Assembly (NCBI GenBank): GCA_964016885.1 | Contig: OZ024742.1 | Coordinates: 166,842,001-166,906,000 of the forward strand | Direction: 5' to 3' | Source: Eledone cirrhosa | Taxonomy: Eukaryota | Length of the DNA: 64,000 nucleotides | Notes under the pieces: model-generated | Told to the model about the DNA's origin: nothing | The model's database searches: none | Seen by the model: only the letters and a program-made list of their open reading frames with translations | Translations under genes and position numbers: made by a program | Part shown: positions 38,101-52,700 of the stretch, piece after piece | How the letters are laid out: the number at the start of each line of letters is the position of its first letter | Position numbering within the stretch: position 1 is the stretch's first letter

Positions 38101-39581
38101 AAAAAATCAGGCGGAGATAATTTGTAAAAAAAATCAGGGGGAGATAATTTGTAAAAAAAAATCAGGGGGAGATAATTTGTAAAAAAAATCAAGGGGAGAT
38201 AATTTCCAGCCGTCCAAGGGGAGATAATTTTCAGCCGTCCAAGGGGAGATAATTTCCAGCCGTCCAAGGGGAGATAATTTAAAAAAAAAATCAGGCGGAG
38301 ATAATTTGTAAAAAAAATCAAGGGGAGATAATTTCCAGCCGTCCAAGGGGAGATAATTTCCAGCCCTCCAAGGGGCTATAATTTCCAGCGTCCAAGGGGA
38401 GATAATTTCCAGCCAGCGAAGGGGAGATAATTTTTTTAAAAAAATCATTGGGAGATTTGTAAAAAAAATCAGGGAGATATAATTTGTAAAAAAAATCAAG
38501 GGGAGATAATTTCCAGCCGTCCAAGGGGAGGTAATATCTAGCCGTCCAAGGGGAGATAATTTCCAGCCGTCCAAGGGGAGATAATTTCCAGCCGTCCAAG
38601 GGTAGATAATATCCAGCCGTCCAAGGGGACATATTTTCCAGCCGTCCAAGGAGAGGTAATTTCTAGCCGTCCAAGGGGAGATAAATTCCAGCCTCCAAGG
38701 GGAGATAATTTCCAGCCAGCCAAGGGGAGATAATTTGTAAAAAAATCAGGGGGAGATAATTTGTAAAAAAAATCAGGGGTAGATAATTTGTAAAAAAAAA
38801 TCAGGGGGAGATAATTTGTAAAAAAAAATCAGGGGGAGATAATTTGTAAAAAAAATCAAGGGGAGATAATTTCCAGCCGTCCAAGGAGAGATAATTTAAA
38901 AAAAAAATCAGGCGGAGATAATTTGTAAAAAAAAATCAGGGGGAGATAATTTGTAAAAAAAAATCAGGGGGAGATAATTTGTAAAAAAAATCAAGGGGAG
39001 ATAATTTCCAGCCGTCCAAGGGGAGATAATTTCCAGCCGTCCAAGGGGAGATAATTTTTTTAAAAAAATCAGGCGGAGATAATTTGTAAAAAAAATCAGG
39101 GGGAGGTAAAAAAAAATCAGGGGGAGATAATTTGTAAAAAAAAATCAGGGGGAGATAATTTCCAGCCGTCCAAGGTAAGATAATTTCCAGCCCTCCAAGG
39201 GGCTATAATTTCCAGCATCCAAGGGGAGATAATTTCCAGCCGTCCAAGGGTAGATAATATCCAGCCGTCCAAGTAGACATATTTTCCAGCCGTCCAAGGA
39301 GAGGTAATTTCTAGCCGTCCAAGGGGAGATAAATTCCAGCCTCCAAGGGGAGATAATTTCCCGCCAGCCAAGGGAAGATAATATTTAAAAAATCAGGCGG
39401 AGATAATTTGTAAAAAAAAAATCAGGGGGAGATAATTTGTAAAAAAAATCAGGGGGAGATGATTTGTAAAAAAAAATCAGGGGTAGATAATTTGTAAAAA
39501 AAAATCAGGGGGAGATAATTTGTAAAAAAAAATCAGGGGGAGATAATTTGTAAAAAAAATCAAGGGGAGATAATTTCCAGC

Positions 39582-42500
39582 CGTCGAAGGGAAGATAATT
39601 TCCAGCCCTCCAAGGGGCTATAATTTCCAGCGTCCAAGGGGAGATAATTTCCAGCCGTCCAAGGGGAGATAATTTCCAGCCGTCCAAGGGTAGATAATAT
39701 CCAGCCGTCCAAGTAGACATTTTCCAGCCGTCCAAGGAGAGGTAATTTCTAGCCGTCCAAGGGGAGATAAATTCCAGCCTCCAAGGGGAGATAATTTCCA
39801 GCCAGCCAAGGGGAGATAATTTGTAAAAAAATCAGGGGGAGATAATTTGTAAAAAAAATCAGGGGGAGATAATTTGTAAAAAAAAATCAGGGGGCGATAA
39901 TTTGTAAAAAAAAATCAGGGGGAGATAATTTGTAAAAAAAATCAGGGGGAGATAATTTGTAAAAAAAATCAAGGGGAGATAATTTCCAGCCGTCCAAGGG
40001 GAGATAATTTTCAGCCGTCCAAGGGGAGATAATTTCCAGCCGTCCAAGGGGAGATAATTTCCATCCTTCCAAGGGGAGATAATTTCCAGCCGTCCAAGGG
40101 GAGATAATTTTCAGCCGTCCAAGGGGAGATAATTTCCCGCCAGCCAAGGGAAGATAATATTTAAAAAAATCAGGCGGAGATAATTTGTAAAAAAAATCAG
40201 GGGGAGATAATTTGTAAAAAAATCAGGGGGAGATAATTTGTAAAAAAAAAATCAGGGGGAGATAATTTGTAAAAAAAATCAGGGGTAGATAATTTGTAAA
40301 AAAAATCAGGGGTAGATAATTTGTAAAAAAAAATCAGGGGGAGATAATTTGTAAAAAAAAAATCAGGGGGAGATAATTTGTAAAAAAAATCAAAGGGAGA
40401 TAATTTCCAGCCGTCCAAGGAGAGAAAATTTTTAAAAAAAATCAGGCGGAGATAATTTGTAAAAAAAATCAAGGGGAGATAATTTGTAAAAAAAAATCAG
40501 GGGGAGATAATTTGTAAAAAAAATCAAGGGGAGATAATTTCCAGCCGTCCAAGGGAAGATAATTTCCAGCACTCCAAGGGGCTATAATTTCCAGTGTCCA
40601 AGGGGAGATAATTTTTTTTTAAAAATCAGGGGGAGATATGTAAAAAAAATCAGAGGGAGATAATTTCTAAAAAAAATCAAAGGGAGATAATTTCCAGCCG
40701 TCCAAAGAGAGATAATTTCTAGCCGTCCAAGGGGAGATAATTTCCAGCCAAGGGGAGATAATTTCCAGCCGTCCAAGGGGAGATAATTATTTAAAAAATC
40801 AGGTGGAGATAATTTGTAAAAAAAATCAGGGGGAGATAATTTGTAAAAACAAAATCAAGGGCAGATAATTTCCAGCTGTCCAAGGGGAGATAATATCCAG
40901 CCGTGCAAGGGGAGATAATTTCCAGCCGTCCAAGGGGAGATAATTTCCATCCTTCCAAGGGGAGATAATGTCCAGCCGTCCAAGGGGAGATAATTTCCCG
41001 CCAGCCAAGGGAAGATAATTTTTAAAAAAATCAGGCGGAGATTGTAAAAAAAATCAGGGGGAGATAATTTGTAAAAAAATCAGGGGGAGATAATTTGTAA
41101 AAAAAATCAGGGGGAGATAATTTGTAAAAAAAAAATCAGGGGGAGATAATTTGTAAAAAAAATCAGGGGTAGATAATTTGTAAAAAAAAATCAGGGGGAG
41201 ATAATTTGTAAAAAAAATCAGGGGGAGATAATTTGTAAAAAAATCAAGGGGAGATAATATGCAGCCGTCCAAGGGGAGATAATTTTCAGCCGTCCAAGGA
41301 GAGGTAATTTCTAGCCGTCCAAGGGGAGATAATTTCCAGCCGTCCAAGGGGAGATAATTTCCAGCCGTCCAAGGGGAGATAGTTTTTTTAAAAAAATCAG
41401 GCGGAGATAATTTGTAAAAAAAAAATCAGGGGGAGATAATTTGTAAAAAAAAATCAGGGGGAGATAATTTGTAAAAGAAATTCAGGGGGAGATAATTTGT
41501 AAAAAAAATCAGGGGGAGATAATTAGTAAAAAAAATCAAGGGGAGATAATTTCCAGCCGTCCAAGGGGAGGTAATATCTAGCCGTCCACGGGGAGATAAT
41601 TTCCAGCCGTCCAAGGGGAGATAAATTCCAGCCTCCAAGGGGAGATAATTTCCAGCCAGCCAAGGGGAGATAATTTGTAAAAAAATCAGGGGGAGATAAT
41701 TTGTAAAAAAAATCAGGGGGAGATAATTTGTAAAAAAAAATCAGGGGGAGATAATTTGTAAAAAAAAATCAGGGGGAGATAATTTGTAAAAAAATCAGGG
41801 GGAGATAATTTGTAAAAAAATCAAGGGGAGATTATTTCCAGCTGTCCAAGGGGAGGTAATATCTAGCCGTCCAAGGGGAGATAATTTCCAGCCGTCCAAG
41901 GGGAGATAATTTCCAGCCGTCCAAGGGTAGATAATATCCAGCCGTCCAAGGAGACATATTTTCCAGCCCTCCAAGGAGAGGTAATTTCTAGCCGTCCAAG
42001 TGGAGATAAATTCCAGCCTCCAAGGGGAGATAATTTCCAGCCAGCCAAGGGGAGATAATTTGTAAAAAAATAGGGGGAGATAATTTGTAAAAAAAATCAG
42101 GGGGAGATAATTTGTAAAAAAAAATCAGGGGGAGATAATTTGTAAAAAAAATCAGGGGGAGATAATTTGTAAAAAAAATCAAGGGGAGATAATTTCCAGC
42201 CGTCCAAGGGGAGATAATTTTCAGCCGTCCAAGGGGAGATAATTTCCCGCCAGCCAAGGGAAGATAATATTTAAAAAATGAGGCGGAGATAATTTGTAAA
42301 AAAAATCAGGGGGAGATAATTTGTAAAAAAATCAGGGGGAGATAATTTGTAAAAAAAAATCAGGGGGAGATAATTTGTAAAAAAAATTAGGGGGAGATAA
42401 TTTGTAAAAAAAAATCAGGGGTAGATAATTTGTAAAAAAAAATCAGGGGGAGATAATTTGTAAAAAAAATCAGGGGGAGATAATTTGTAAAAAAAATCAA

Positions 42501-45500
42501 GGGGAGATAATTTCCAGCCGTCCAAGGAGAGATAATTTAAAAAAAAAATCAGGCGGAGATAATTTGTAAAAAAAAATCAGGGGGAGATAATTTGTAAAAA
42601 AAAATCAGGGGGAGATAATTTGTAAAAAAAATCAAGGGGAGATAATTTCCAGCCGTCCAAGGGGAGATAATTTTCAGCCGTCCAAGGGGAGATAATTTCC
42701 AGCCGTCCAAGGGGAGATAATTTTTTTTTAAAAATCAGGCGGAGATAATTTGTAAAAAAAAAATCAGGGGGAGATAATTTGTAAAAAAAAATCAGGGGGA
42801 GATAATTTGTAAAAAAAATCTAGGGGAGATAATTTGCAACCGTCCAAGGGGACATAATTTTCAGTCGTCCAAGGAGAGGTAATTTCTAGCCGTCCAAGGG
42901 GAGATAATTTCCAGCCGTCCAAGGGGAGATAATTTCCAGCCGTCCAAGGGGAGATAATTTTTTTTTAAAAATCAGGCGGAGATAATTTGTAAAAAAAAAA
43001 TCAGGGGGAGATAATTTGTAAAAAAAAATCAGGGGGAGATAATTTGTAAAAAAAAATCAGGGGGAGATAATTTGTAAAAAAAATCAAGGGGAGATAATTT
43101 CCAGCCGTCCAAGGGAAGATAATTTCCAGCCCTCCAAGGGGCTATAATTTCCAGCGTCCAAGGGGAGATAATTTCCAGCCAGCGAAGGGGAGATAATTGT
43201 TTTAAAAAAATCATTGGGAGATTTGTAAAAAAAATCAGGGGGAGATAATTAATAAAAAAAATCAAGGGGAGATAATTCCAGCCGTCCAAGGGGAGGTAAT
43301 ATCTAGCCGTCCAAGGGGAGATAATTTCCAGCCGTCCAAGGGGAGATAATTTCCAGCCGTCCAAGGGTAGATAATATCCAGCCGTCCAAGGAGACATATT
43401 TTCCAGCCGTCCAAGGAGAGGTAATTTCTAGCCGTCCAAGGGGAGATAAATTCCAGCCTCCAAGGGGAGATAATTTCCAGCCAGCCAAGGGGAGATAATT
43501 TGTAAAAAAATCAGGGGGAGATAATTTGTAAAAAAAGTCAGGGGTAGATAATTTGTAAAAAAAAATCAGGGGGAGATAATTTGTAAAAAAAAATCAGGGG
43601 GAGATAATTTGTAAAAAAAATCAAGGGGAGATAATTTCCAGCCGTCCAAGGAGAGATAATTTTAAAAAATCAGGCGGAGATAATTTGTAAAAAAAAATCA
43701 GGGGGAGATAATTTGTAAAAAAAAATAAGGGGGAGATAATTTGTAAAAAAAATCAAGGGGAGATAATTTCCAGCCGTCCAAGGGGAGATAATTTCCAGCC
43801 GTCCAAGGGGAGATAAATTTTTTAAAAAAATCAGGCGGAGATAATTTGTAAAAAAAATCAGGGGGAGATAATTTGTAAAAAAAAATCAGGGGGAGATAAT
43901 TTGTAAAAAAAAATCAGGGGGAGATAATTTCCAGCCGTCCAAGGTAAGATAATTTCCAGCCCTCCAAGGGGCTATAATTTCCAGCATCCAAGGGGAGATA
44001 ATTTCCAGCCGTCCAAGGGTAGATAATATCCAGCCGTCCAAGTAGACATATTTTCCAGCCGTCCAAGGAGAGGTAATTTCTAGCCGTCCAAGGGGAGATA
44101 AATTCCAGCCTCCAAGGGGAGATAATTTCCAGCCAGCCAAGGGGAGATAATTTGTAAAAAAATCAGGGGGAGATAATTTATAAAAAAAATCAGGGGGAGA
44201 TAATTTGTAAAAAAAAATCAGGGGGAGATAATTTGTAAAAAAAAATCAGGGGGAGATAATTTCCAGCCGTCCAAGGGGAGATAATTTTCAGCCGTCCAAG
44301 GGTAGATAATATCCAGCCGTCCAAGTAGACATTTTCCAGCCGTCCAAGGAGAGGTAATTTCTAGCCGTCCAAGGGGAGATAAATTCCAGCCTCCAAGGGG
44401 AGATAATTTCCAGCCAGCCAAGGGGAGATAATTTGTAAAAAAAATCAGGGGGACATAATTTGTAAAAAAAAATCAGGGGGAGATAATTTGTAAAAAAAAA
44501 ATCAGGGGGAGATAATTTGTAAAAAAAAATCAGGGGGAGATAATTTGTAAAAAAAATCAAGGGGAGATAATTTCCAGCCGTCCAAGGGGAGATAATTTTC
44601 AGCCGTCCAAGGGGAGATAATTTCCAGACGTCGAAGGGAAGATAATTTCCAGCCCGCCAAGGGGCTATAATTTCCAGCGTCCAAGGGGAGATAATTTCCA
44701 GCCGTCCAAGGGGAGATAATTTCCAGCCGTCCAAGGGTAGATAATATCCAGCCGTCCAAGTAGACATTTTCCAGCCGTCCAAGGAGAGGTAATTTCTAGC
44801 CGTCCAAGGGGAGATAAATTCCAGCCTCCAAGGGGAGATAATTTCCAGCCAGCCAAGGGGAGATAATTTGTAAAAAAATCAGGGGGAGATAATTTGTAAA
44901 AAAAATCAGGGGGAGATAATTTGTAAAAAAAAATCAGGGGGCGATAATTTGTAAAAAAAAATCAGGGGGAGATAATTTGTAAAAAAAATCAGGGGGAGAT
45001 AATTTGTAAAAAAAATCAAGGGGAGATAATTTCCAGCCGTCCAAGGGGAGATAATTTTCAGCCGTCCAAGGGGAGATAATTTCCAGCCGTCCAAGGGGAG
45101 ATAATTTCCATCCTTCCAAGGGGAGATAATTTCCAGCCGTCCAAGGGGAGATAATTTTCAGCCGTCCAAGGGGAGATAATTTCCCGCCAGCCAAGGGAAG
45201 ATAATATTTAAAAAAATCAGGCGGAGATAATTTGTAAAAAAAATCAGGGGGAGATAATTTGTAAAAAAATCAGGGGGAGATAATTTGTAAAAAAAAAATC
45301 AGGGGGAGATAATTTGTAAAAAAAATCAGGGGTAGATAATTTGTAAAAAAAATCAGGGGTAGATAATTTGTAAAAAAAAATCAGGGGGAGATAATTTGTA
45401 AAAAAAAAATCAGGGGGAGATAATTTGTAAAAAAAATCAAAGGGAGATAATTTCCAGCCGTCCAAGGAGAGAAAATTTTTAAAAAAAATCAGGCGGAGAT

Positions 45501-48500
45501 AATTTGTAAAAAAAATCAAGGGGAGATAATTTGTAAAAAAAAATCAGGGGGAGATAATTTGTAAAAAAAATCAAGGGGAGATAATTTCCAGCCGTCCAAG
45601 GGAAGATAATTTCCAGCACTCCAAGGGGCTATAATTTCCAGTGTCCAAGGGGAGATAATTTTTTTTTAAAAATCAGGGGGAGATATGTAAAAAAAATCAG
45701 AGGGAGATAATTTCTAAAAAAAATCAAAGGGAGATAATTTCCAGCCGTCCAAAGAGAGATAATTTCTAGCCGTCCAAGGGGAGATAATTTCCAGCCAAGG
45801 GGAGATAATTTCCAGCCGTCCAAGGGGAGATAATTATTTAAAAAATCAGGTGGAGATAATTTGTAAAAAAAATCAGGGGGAGATAATTTGTAAAAACAAA
45901 ATCAAGGGCAGATAATTTCCAGCTGTCCAAGGGGAGATAATATCCAGCCGTGCAAGGGGAGATAATTTCCAGCCGTCCAAGGGGAGATAATTTCCATCCT
46001 TCCAAGGGGAGATAATGTCCAGCCGTCCAAGGGGAGATAATTTCCCGCCAGCCAAGGGAAGATAATTTTTAAAAAAATCAGGCGGAGATTGTAAAAAAAA
46101 TCAGGGGGAGATAATTTGTAAAAAAATCAGGGGGAGATAATTTGTAAAAAAAATCAGGGGGAGATAATTTGTAAAAAAAAAATCAGGGGGAGATAATTTG
46201 TAAAAAAAATCAGGGGTAGATAATTTGTAAAAAAAAATCAGGGGGAGATAATTTGTAAAAAAAATCAGGGGGAGATAATTTGTAAAAAAATCAAGGGGAG
46301 ATAATATGCAGCCGTCCAAGGGGAGATAATTTTCAGCCGTCCAAGGAGAGGTAATTTCTAGCCGTCCAAGGGGAGATAATTTCCAGCCGTCCAAGGGGAG
46401 ATAATTTCCAGCCGTCCAAGGGGAGATAGTTTTTTTAAAAAAATCAGGCGGAGATAATTTGTAAAAAAAAAATCAGGGGGAGATAATTTGTAAAAAAAAA
46501 TCAGGGGGAGATAATTTGTAAAAGAAATTCAGGGGGAGATAATTTGTAAAAAAAATCAGGGGGAGATAATTAGTAAAAAAAATCAAGGGGAGATAATTTC
46601 CAGCCGTCCAAGGGGAGGTAATATCTAGCCGTCCACGGGGAGATAATTTCCAGCCGTCCAAGGGGAGATAATTTCCAGCCGTCCAAGGGGAGATAATATC
46701 CAGCCGTCCAAGTAGACATATTTTCCAGCCGTCCAAGGAGAGGTAATTTCTAGCCGTCCAAGGGGAGATAAATTCCAGCCTCCAAGGGGAGATAATTTCC
46801 AGCCAGCCAAGGGGAGATAATTTGTAAAAAAATCAGGGGGAGATAATTTGTAAAAAAAATCAGGGGGAGATAATTTGTAAAAAAATCAGGGGGAGATAAT
46901 TTGTAAAAAAATCAAGGGGAGATTATTTCCAGCTGTCCAAGGGGAGGTAATATCTAGCCGTCCAAGGGGAGATAATTTCCAGCCGTCCAAGGGGAGATAA
47001 TTTCCAGCCGTCCAAGGGTAGATAATATCCAGCCGTCCAAGGAGACATATTTTCCAGCCCTCCAAGGAGAGGTAATTTCTAGCCGTCCAAGTGGAGATAA
47101 ATTCCAGCCTCCAAGGGGAGATAATTTCCAGCCAGCCAAGGGGAGATAATTTGTAAAAAAATCAGGGGGAGATAATTTGTAAAAAAAATCAGGGGGAGAT
47201 AATTTGTAAAAAAAAATCAGGGGGAGATAATTTGTAAAAAAAATCAGGGGGAGATAATTTGTAAAAAAAATCAAGGGGAGATAATTTCCAGCCGTCCAAG
47301 GGGAGATAATTTTCAGCCGTCCAAGGGGGAGATAATTTCCCGCCAGCCAAGGGAAGATAATATTTAAAAAATGAGGCGGAGATAATTTGTAAAAAAAATC
47401 AGGGGGAGATAATTTGTAAAAAAATCAGGGGGAGATAATTTGTAAAAAAAAATCAGGGGGGAGATAATTTGTAAAAAAAATTAGGGAGATAATTTGTAAA
47501 AAAAAATCAGGGGTAGATAATTTGTAAAAAAAAATCAGGGGGAGATAATTTGTAAAAAAAATCAGGGGGAGATAATTTGTAAAAAAAATCAAGGGGAGAT
47601 AATTTCCAGCCGTCCAAGGAGAGATAATTTAAAAAAAAAATCAGGCGGAGATAATTTGTAAAAAAAAATCAGGGGGAGATAATTTGTAAAAAAAAATCAG
47701 GGGGAGATAATTTGTAAAAAAAATCAAGGGGAGATAATTTCCAGCCGTCCAAGGGGAGATAATTTTCAGCCGTCCAAGGGGAGATAATTTCCAGCCGTCC
47801 AAGGGGAGATAATTTTTTTTTAAAAATCAGGCGGAGATAATTTGTAAAAAAAAAATCAGGGGGAGATAATTTGTAAAAAAAAATCAGGGGGAGATAATTT
47901 GTAAAAAAAATCTAGGGGAGATAATTTGCAACCGTCCAAGGGGACATAATTTTCAGTCGTCCAAGGAGAGGTAATTTCTAGCCGTCCAAGGGGAGATAAT
48001 TTCCAGCCGTCCAAGGGGAGATAATTTCCAGCCGTCCAAGGGGAGATAATTTTTTTTTAAAAATCAGGCGGAGATAATTTGTAAAAAAAAAATCAGGGGG
48101 AGATAATTTGTAAAAAAAAATCAGGGGGAGATAATTTGTAAAAAAAAATCAGGGGGAGATAATTTGTAAAAAAAATCAAGGGGAGATAATTTCCAGCCGT
48201 CCAAGGGAAGATAATTTCCAGCCCTCCAAGGGGCTATAATTTCCAGCGTCCAAGGGGAGATAATTTCCAGCCAGCGAAGGGGAGATAATTGTTTTAAAAA
48301 AATCATTGGGAGATTTGTAAAAAAAATCAGGGGGAGATAATTAATAAAAAAAATCAAGGGGAGATAATTCCAGCCGTCCAAGGGGAGGTAATATCTAGCC
48401 GTCCAAGGGGAGATAATTTCCAGCCGTCCAAGGGGAGATAATTTCCAGCCGTCCAAGGGTAGATAATATCCAGCCGTCCAAGGAGACATATTTTCCAGCC

Positions 48501-49725
48501 GTCCAAGGAGAGGTAATTTCTAGCCGTCCAAGGGGAGATAAATTCCAGCCTCCAAGGGGAGATAATTTCCAGCCAGCCAAGGGGAGATAATTTGTAAAAA
48601 AATCAGGGGGAGATAATTTGTAAAAAAAGTCAGGGGTAGATAATTTGTAAAAAAAAATCAGGGGGAGATAATTTGTAAAAAAAAATCAGGGGGAGATAAT
48701 TTGTAAAAAAAATCAAGGGGAGATAATTTCCAGCCGTCCAAGGAGAGATAATTTTAAAAAATCAGGCGGAGATAATTTGTAAAAAAAAATCAGGGGGAGA
48801 TAATTTGTAAAAAAAAATAAGGGGGAGATAATTTGTAAAAAAAATCAAGGGGAGATAATTTCCAGCCGTCCAAGGGGAGATAATTTCCAGCCGTCCAAGG
48901 GGAGATAAATTTTTTAAAAAAATCAGGCGGAGATAATTTGTAAAAAAAATCAGGGGGAGATAATTTGTAAAAAAAAATCAGGGGGAGATAATTTGTAAAA
49001 AAAAATCAGGGGGAGATAATTTCCAGCCGTCCAAGGTAAGATAATTTCCAGCCCTCCAAGGGGCTATAATTTCCAGCATCCAAGGGGAGATAATTTCCAG
49101 CCGTCCAAGGGTAGATAATATCCAGCCGTCCAAGTAGACATATTTTCCAGCCGTCCAAGGAGAGGTAATTTCTAGCCGTCCAAGGGGAGATAAATTCCAG
49201 CCTCCAAGGGGAGATAATTTCCAGCCAGCCAAGGGGAGATAATTTGTAAAAAAATCAGGGGGAGATAATTTATAAAAAAAATCAGGGGGAGATAATTTGT
49301 AAAAAAAAATCAGGGGGAGATAATTTGTAAAAAAAAATCAGGGGGAGATAATTTCCAGCCGTCCAAGGGGAGATAATTTTCAGCCGTCCAAGGGTAGATA
49401 ATATCCAGCCGTCCAAGTAGACATTTTCCAGCCGTCCAAGGAGAGGTAATTTCTAGCCGTCCAAGGGGAGATAAATTCCAGCCTCCAAGGGGAGATAATT
49501 TCCAGCCAGCCAAGGGGAGATAATTTGTAAAAAAAATCAGGGGGACATAATTTGTAAAAAAAAATCAGGGGGAGATAATTTGTAAAAAAAAAATCAGGGG
49601 GAGATAATTTGTAAAAAAAAATCAGGGGGAGATAATTTGTAAAAAAAATCAAGGGGAGATAATTTCCAGCCGTCCAAGGGGAGATAATTTTCAGCCGTCC
49701 AAGGGGAGATAATTTCCAGACGTCC
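39582..49725 (+). repeat. Second copy of the ~5.1 kb tandem duplication (5047 and 5092 bp offsets)
   Basis: Offsets of 5047 (39859/44906) and 5092 (43029/48121). The same chimeric junction occurs at ~44624-44638. Confidence 0.85.
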
Positions 49726-52700
49726 AAGGGGAGATAATTTCCATCCTTCCAAGGGGAGATAATTTCCAGCCTTCCAAGGGGAGATAATTTTCAGCCGTCC
49801 AAGGGGAGATAATTTCCCGCCAGCCAAGGGAAGATAATATTTTAAAAAATCAGGCGGAGATAATTTGTAAAAAAAATCAGGGGGAGATAATTTGTAAAAA
49901 AATCAGGGGGAGATAATTTGTAAAAAAAAAATCAGGGGGAGATAATTTGTAAAAAAAATCAGGGGGAGATAATTTGTAAAAAAAAATCTGGGGTAGATAA
50001 TTTGTAAAAAAAAATCAGGGGGAGATAATTTGTAAAAAAAAAATCAGGGGGAGATAATTTGTAAAAAAAATCAAGGGGAGATAATTTCCAGCCGTCCAAG
50101 GAGAGATAATTTTTAAAAAAAATCAGGCGGAGATAATTTGTAAAAAAAAATCAAGGGGAGATAATTTGTAAAAAAAAATCAGGGGGAGATAATTTGTAAA
50201 AAAATCAAGGGGAGATAATTTCCAGCCGTCCAAGGGAAGATAATTTCCAGCACTCCAAGGGGCTATAATTTCCAGTGTCCAAGGGGAGATAATTTCCAGC
50301 CAGCGAAGGGGAGATAATTTTTTTAAAAAAATCAGGGGGAGATATGTAAAAAAAATCAGAGGGAGATAATTTCTAAAAAAAATCAAAGGGAGATAATTTC
50401 CAGCCGTCCAAAGAGAGATAATTTCTAGCCGTCCAAGGGGAGATAATTTCCAGCCAAGGGGAGATAATTTCCAGCCGTCCAAGGGGAGATAATTATTTAA
50501 AAAATCAGGTGGAGATAATTTCCCGCCAGCCAAGGGAAGATAATTTTTAAAAAAATCAGGCGGAGATTGTAAAAAAAATCAGGGGGAGATAATTTGTAAA
50601 AAAATCAGGGGGAGATAATTTGTAAAAAAAAAATCAGGGGAGATAATTTGTAAAAAAAAATCAGGGGGAGATAATTTGTAAAAAAAAAATCAGGGGGAGA
50701 TAATTTGTAAAAAAAATCAGGGGTAGATAATTTGTAAAAAAAAATCAGGAGGAGATAATTTGTAAAAAAAAATCAGTGGGAGATAATTTGTAAAAAAATC
50801 AAGGGGAGATAATATGCAGCCGTCCAAGGGGAGATAATTTTCAGCCGTCCAAGGAGAGTTAATTTCTAGCCGTCCAAGGGGAGATAATTTCCAGCCGTCC
50901 AAGGGGAGATAATTTCCAGCCGTCCAAGGGGAGATAGTTTTTTTAAAAAAATCAGGCGGAGATAATTTGTAAAAAAAAAATCAGGGGGAGATAATTTGTA
51001 AAAGAAAATCAGGGGGAGATAATTTGTAAAAAAAAATCAAGGGGAGATAATTTGTAAAAAAAATCAGGGGGAGATAATTAGTAAAAAAATCAAGGGGAGA
51101 TAATTTCCAGCCGTCCAAGGGGAGGTAATATCAAGCCGTCCAAGGGGAGATAATTTCCAGCCGTCCAAGGGGAGATAATTTCCAGCCGTCCAAGGGTAGA
51201 TAATATCCAGCCGTCCAAGTAGACATATTTTCCAGCCGTCCAAGGAGAGGTAATTTCTAGCCGTCCAAGGGGAGATAAATTCCAGCCTCCAAGGGGAGAT
51301 AATTTCCAGCAAGCCAAGGGGAGATAATTTGTAAAAAAATCAGGGGGAGATAATTTGTAAAAAAAATCAGGGGGAGATAATTTGTAAAAAAAAATCAGGG
51401 GGAGATAATTTGTAAAAAAAATCAGGGGGAGATAATTTGTAAAAAAAAATCAGGGGGAGATAATTTGTAAAAAAAAATCAGGGGGAGATAATTTGTAAAA
51501 AAAAATCAGGGGGAGATAATTTGTAAAAAAAATCAAGGGGAGATAATTTCCAGCCGTCCAAGGGGAGATAATTTCCAGCCGTCCAAGGGGAGGTAATATC
51601 TAGCCGTCCAAGGGGAGATAATTTCCAGCCGTCCAAGAGGAGATAATTTCCAGCCGTCCAAGGGAAGATAATTTCAAGCCCTCCAAGGGGCTATAATTTC
51701 CAGTGTCCAAGGGGAGATAATTTCCAGCCAGCGAAGGGGAGATAATTTTTTTTTAAAAATCAGGGGGAGATTTGTAAAAAAAATCAGGGGGAGATAATTT
51801 GTAAAAAAAATCAAGGGGAGATAATTTCCAGCCGTCGAAGGGAAGATAATTTCCAGCCCTCCAAGGGGCTATAATTTCCAGCGTCCAAGGGGAGATAATT
51901 TCCAGCCAGCGAAGGGGAGATAATTTTTTTAAAAAAATCATTGGGAGATTTGTAAAAAAAATCAGGGAGAGATAATTTGTAAAAAAAATCAAGGGGAGAT
52001 AATTTCCAGCCGTCCAAGGGGAGGTAATATCTAGCCGTCCAAGGGGAGATAATTTCCAGCCGTCCAAGGGGAGATAATTTCCAGCCGTCCAAGGGTAGAT
52101 AATATCCAGCCGTCCAAGTAGACATTTTCCAGCCGTCCAAGGAGAGGTAATTTCTAGCCGTCCAAGGGGAGATAAATTCCAGCCTCCAAGGGGAGATAAT
52201 TTCCAGCCAGCCAAGGGGAGATAATTTGTAAAAAAATCAGGGGGAGATAATTTGTAAAAAAAATCAGGGGGAGATAATTTGTAAAAAAAAATCAGGGGGA
52301 GATAATTTGTAAAAAAAATCAAGGGGAGATAATTTGCAGCCGTCCAAGGGGAGATAATTTTCAGCCGTCCAAGGAGAGGTAATTTCTAGCCGTCCAAGGT
52401 GAGATAATATCCAGCCGTCCAAGGGGAGATAATTTCCAGCCGTCCAAGGGGAGATAATTTAAAAAAAAAAACAGGCGAAGATAATTTGTAAAAAAAAAAT
52501 CAGGGGGAGATAATTTGTAAAAAAAAATCAGGGGGAGATAATTTGTAAAAAAAAATCAGGGGGAGGTAATTTGTAAAAAAAATCAAGGGGAGATAATTTC
52601 CAGCCGTCCAAGGGAAGATAATTTCCAGCCGTCCAAGGAGAGATAATTTTAAAAAAAAATCAGGCGGAGATAATTTGTAAAAAAAATCAGGGGGAGATAA

